Positions 62,433-64,000 of a DNA stretch of 64,000 nucleotides are shown piece by piece. Under the pieces are notes generated by a model, which saw nothing but the letters and a program-made list of their open reading frames with translations, made no database searches and was not told the origin of the DNA. The position numbers and the translations under genes are program-made. Position 1 is the stretch's first letter. Each line of letters starts with the position of its first letter. The stretch is from an uncultured delta proteobacterium (lineage in GTDB: Bacteria > Myxococcota_A > Polyangia > Polyangiales > B10-G4): positions 128,001 to 192,000 of the forward strand of contig CAVSGI010000004.1 of the NCBI GenBank assembly GCA_963727445.1. The letters run 5' to 3'.

Positions 62433-64000
62433 TCAGCGAACGGGGACGCTGACGCGCCGGGTGGAGCCCGCCACGACGTTCACCCGGACCCGTCGCCATG
62501 CCCCCTCGCCGAAGGGCTGAACTTCGACCGCCTGGGCGCCCGCGGGGAGCGTGAACTGCCCGGGCGTCTGTCCGATCGCGCGCCCGTGAAAGCGAACCTT
62601 CGCCCATCCGCCGGGCGTGACGAGGTTGATCTGTCCGTTGGCCCGCGCCGCAGGTCGGCGCGTCGTGGGTCGGGACATGCCTGACTGGGCCGCGGGGACC
62701 GGCTCGGGCTCGCCCACGGGTTCGGGCTCCGGTTCGGGCTCGGGAGGCGTCTCGGCGACGGGTTCGGGCTCCGGTTCGGGCGCGGGCGGCGTGTCGGCGA
62801 CGGGTTCAGGCTCCGGTTCGGGCTCGGGTTCGGGCGCAGCGACGGTCTGTGGTGCCGTCTCCGTCGCCGCCTCGGCTTCCGGCTGCGCCTCCGTCCCCGT
62901 CTCGCCTTCGGCCACCCCGACCTCTTCGTCGTCGCTCAGCGCCGTCACCGCGAAGACTCCGACCAGGACGCCGAGGAGGGTCAGGCCGATGGCGCCGAGG
63001 AGCATCTTGCGCTCTTTGCTGATCGCGGGCGGCGCCGAGGAGATGTGCTTCTGCGTCACCTTCGAGATATCGGGGACGGCGCTGGCGGAGCCGGAGTCGT
63101 CGATCATGCGTGGGACGCGTTCGGGGGACTGGCGCGCGATGGAGATCAGCTGTCGCTTGCGCTCTCGGCCGCCAGGGAACGCCGAATCCATCAGCTCGCC
63201 GACGTCGGCCATGCCGACGGGCTCGTCCTCTTTTCCGAGATAGCGCAAGAGATCGCGGCCCATGTCGCGGGCGGTGGCGTATCGGGCCTCTGGATCGCGG
63301 CTCAGGGCTTTGAGGACGATCGCGTCGAGCTCCTCGGCCACCAGTGGATTGAGGGTGGAAGGCGGGGGGATGGGATCGGATTGAACGGCGGTGATGGTCT
63401 CGGCCTCGGTCGTGCGGCGGAAGAGCCGCTTGCTCGTGATGAGCTCGAACAGGACGACGCCCAGAGACCAGATGTCCATGCGGCGATCCGGATCGGCACC
63501 ACGGACCTGCTCGGGCGCCATGTACGCGTACTTGCCCTTCACCGTCCCTGCGACCGTCTCGTGGATCCGGTTCTCCGCGCTGGCCACGCCGAAGTCGACG
63601 ATGCGCACCGCGCCGTCGTAAGTGACGAAGACGTTCTGGGGTGAGACGTCGCGGTGGACGACGTTGAGCGGCTGGCCGTTTTCGTCCGTCACCTCGTGGG
63701 CCGCGTGGAGCCCCTCGCATGCATCGGCGACGATCCGCGCGGCGAGCGCCGGCAGCCGCGGCGAGTGCCGAATCGCGTCGTTCTTGGCGAGGCGTCGGAC
63801 CAATCGCGAGACCGATTCACCGACGAGATAGTCCATCGCCAGGAAATAGGCGCCGTCCGCCTCGCCGAAGTCGTTCACTCCGCACACGTTGGGGTGCTGG
63901 ATGCGCGACGCGATGCGCGCCTCGTCGAGGAACATCTCCACGAACTGCGGCTTCTTGGCGAGGTGAGGGTGGATGCGCTTGAGCGCCACGAGCTTCTCGA
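62433..64000 (-). CDS. Transmembrane Ser/Thr protein kinase (partial, start beyond right edge) with Pro-Glu linker and PEGA-like C-terminus
   Basis: VALK, FLDEARIA, HRDVSPQN, DFG, GKYAYMAPE; TM; (PE)n; IGQTP motif. Confidence 0.92.
   Translation of the reverse strand, partial: EKLVALKRIHPHLAKKPQFVEMFLDEARIASRIQHPNVCGVNDFGEADGAYFLAMDYLVGESVSRLVRRLAKNDAIRHSPRLPALAARIVADACEGLHAAHEVTDENGQPLNVVHRDVSPQNVFVTYDGAVRIVDFGVASAENRIHETVAGTVKGKYAYMAPEQVRGADPDRRMDIWSLGVVLFELITSKRLFRRTTEAETITAVQSDPIPPPSTLNPLVAEELDAIVLKALSRDPEARYATARDMGRDLLRYLGKEDEPVGMADVGELMDSAFPGGRERKRQLISIARQSPERVPRMIDDSGSASAVPDISKVTQKHISSAPPAISKERKMLLGAIGLTLLGVLVGVFAVTALSDDEEVGVAEGETGTEAQPEAEAATETAPQTVAAPEPEPEPEPEPVADTPPAPEPEPEPVAETPPEPEPEPEPVGEPEPVPAAQSGMSRPTTRRPAARANGQINLVTPGGWAKVRFHGRAIGQTPGQFTLPAGAQAVEVQPFGEGAWRRVRVNVVAGSTRRVSVPVR

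Noticed and set aside
62700..62836. Pro-Glu repeats in the terminal kinase as a mobile or regulatory repeat
   Set aside because: Ordinary low-complexity periplasmic linker with synonymous variation between units.

Overview
64 kb of very GC-rich, gene-dense bacterial DNA. The gene content points to Myxococcota, probably Polyangiales-like (inference): three Hanks-type Ser/Thr kinases, a giant TPR protein, many Cys-rich lipoproteins and an AgmX/GltJ-like TonB_C protein. About 48 CDSs are supported. I found no rRNA, tRNA, CRISPR array, transposase or integrase. Recognisable genes are pspA, an NDP-sugar epimerase, two tandem metzincin lipoproteins, a MarR regulator, glpK, smc, a rubrerythrin/Fe-S oxidoreductase/DUF3501 operon, a CPBP protease, a truncated haemoglobin, a TonB-dependent metal-uptake cluster ending in a Fur-family gene, a universal stress protein and glgP. 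Two candidates for undescribed systems stand out. (1) 51338-59583 is a translationally coupled five-gene operon: SrfB-like actin/Hsp70-fold ATPase, a protein with a GrpE-like C-terminus, a membrane-anchored SrfA-like protein, an SrfC-like P-loop GTPase and a Sel1 membrane protein. (2) 41258-41884 carries a His/Cys-rich upstream ORF ending in ...LAPKSSPPA followed by two hairpins, between a candidate Fur/Zur box and the receptor gene, resembling metal-sensing ribosome-stalling leaders. The sequence has indels that look like assembly errors: three isolated +1 frameshifts all at CAGAATC, one homopolymer deletion, and a dense cluster in smc.
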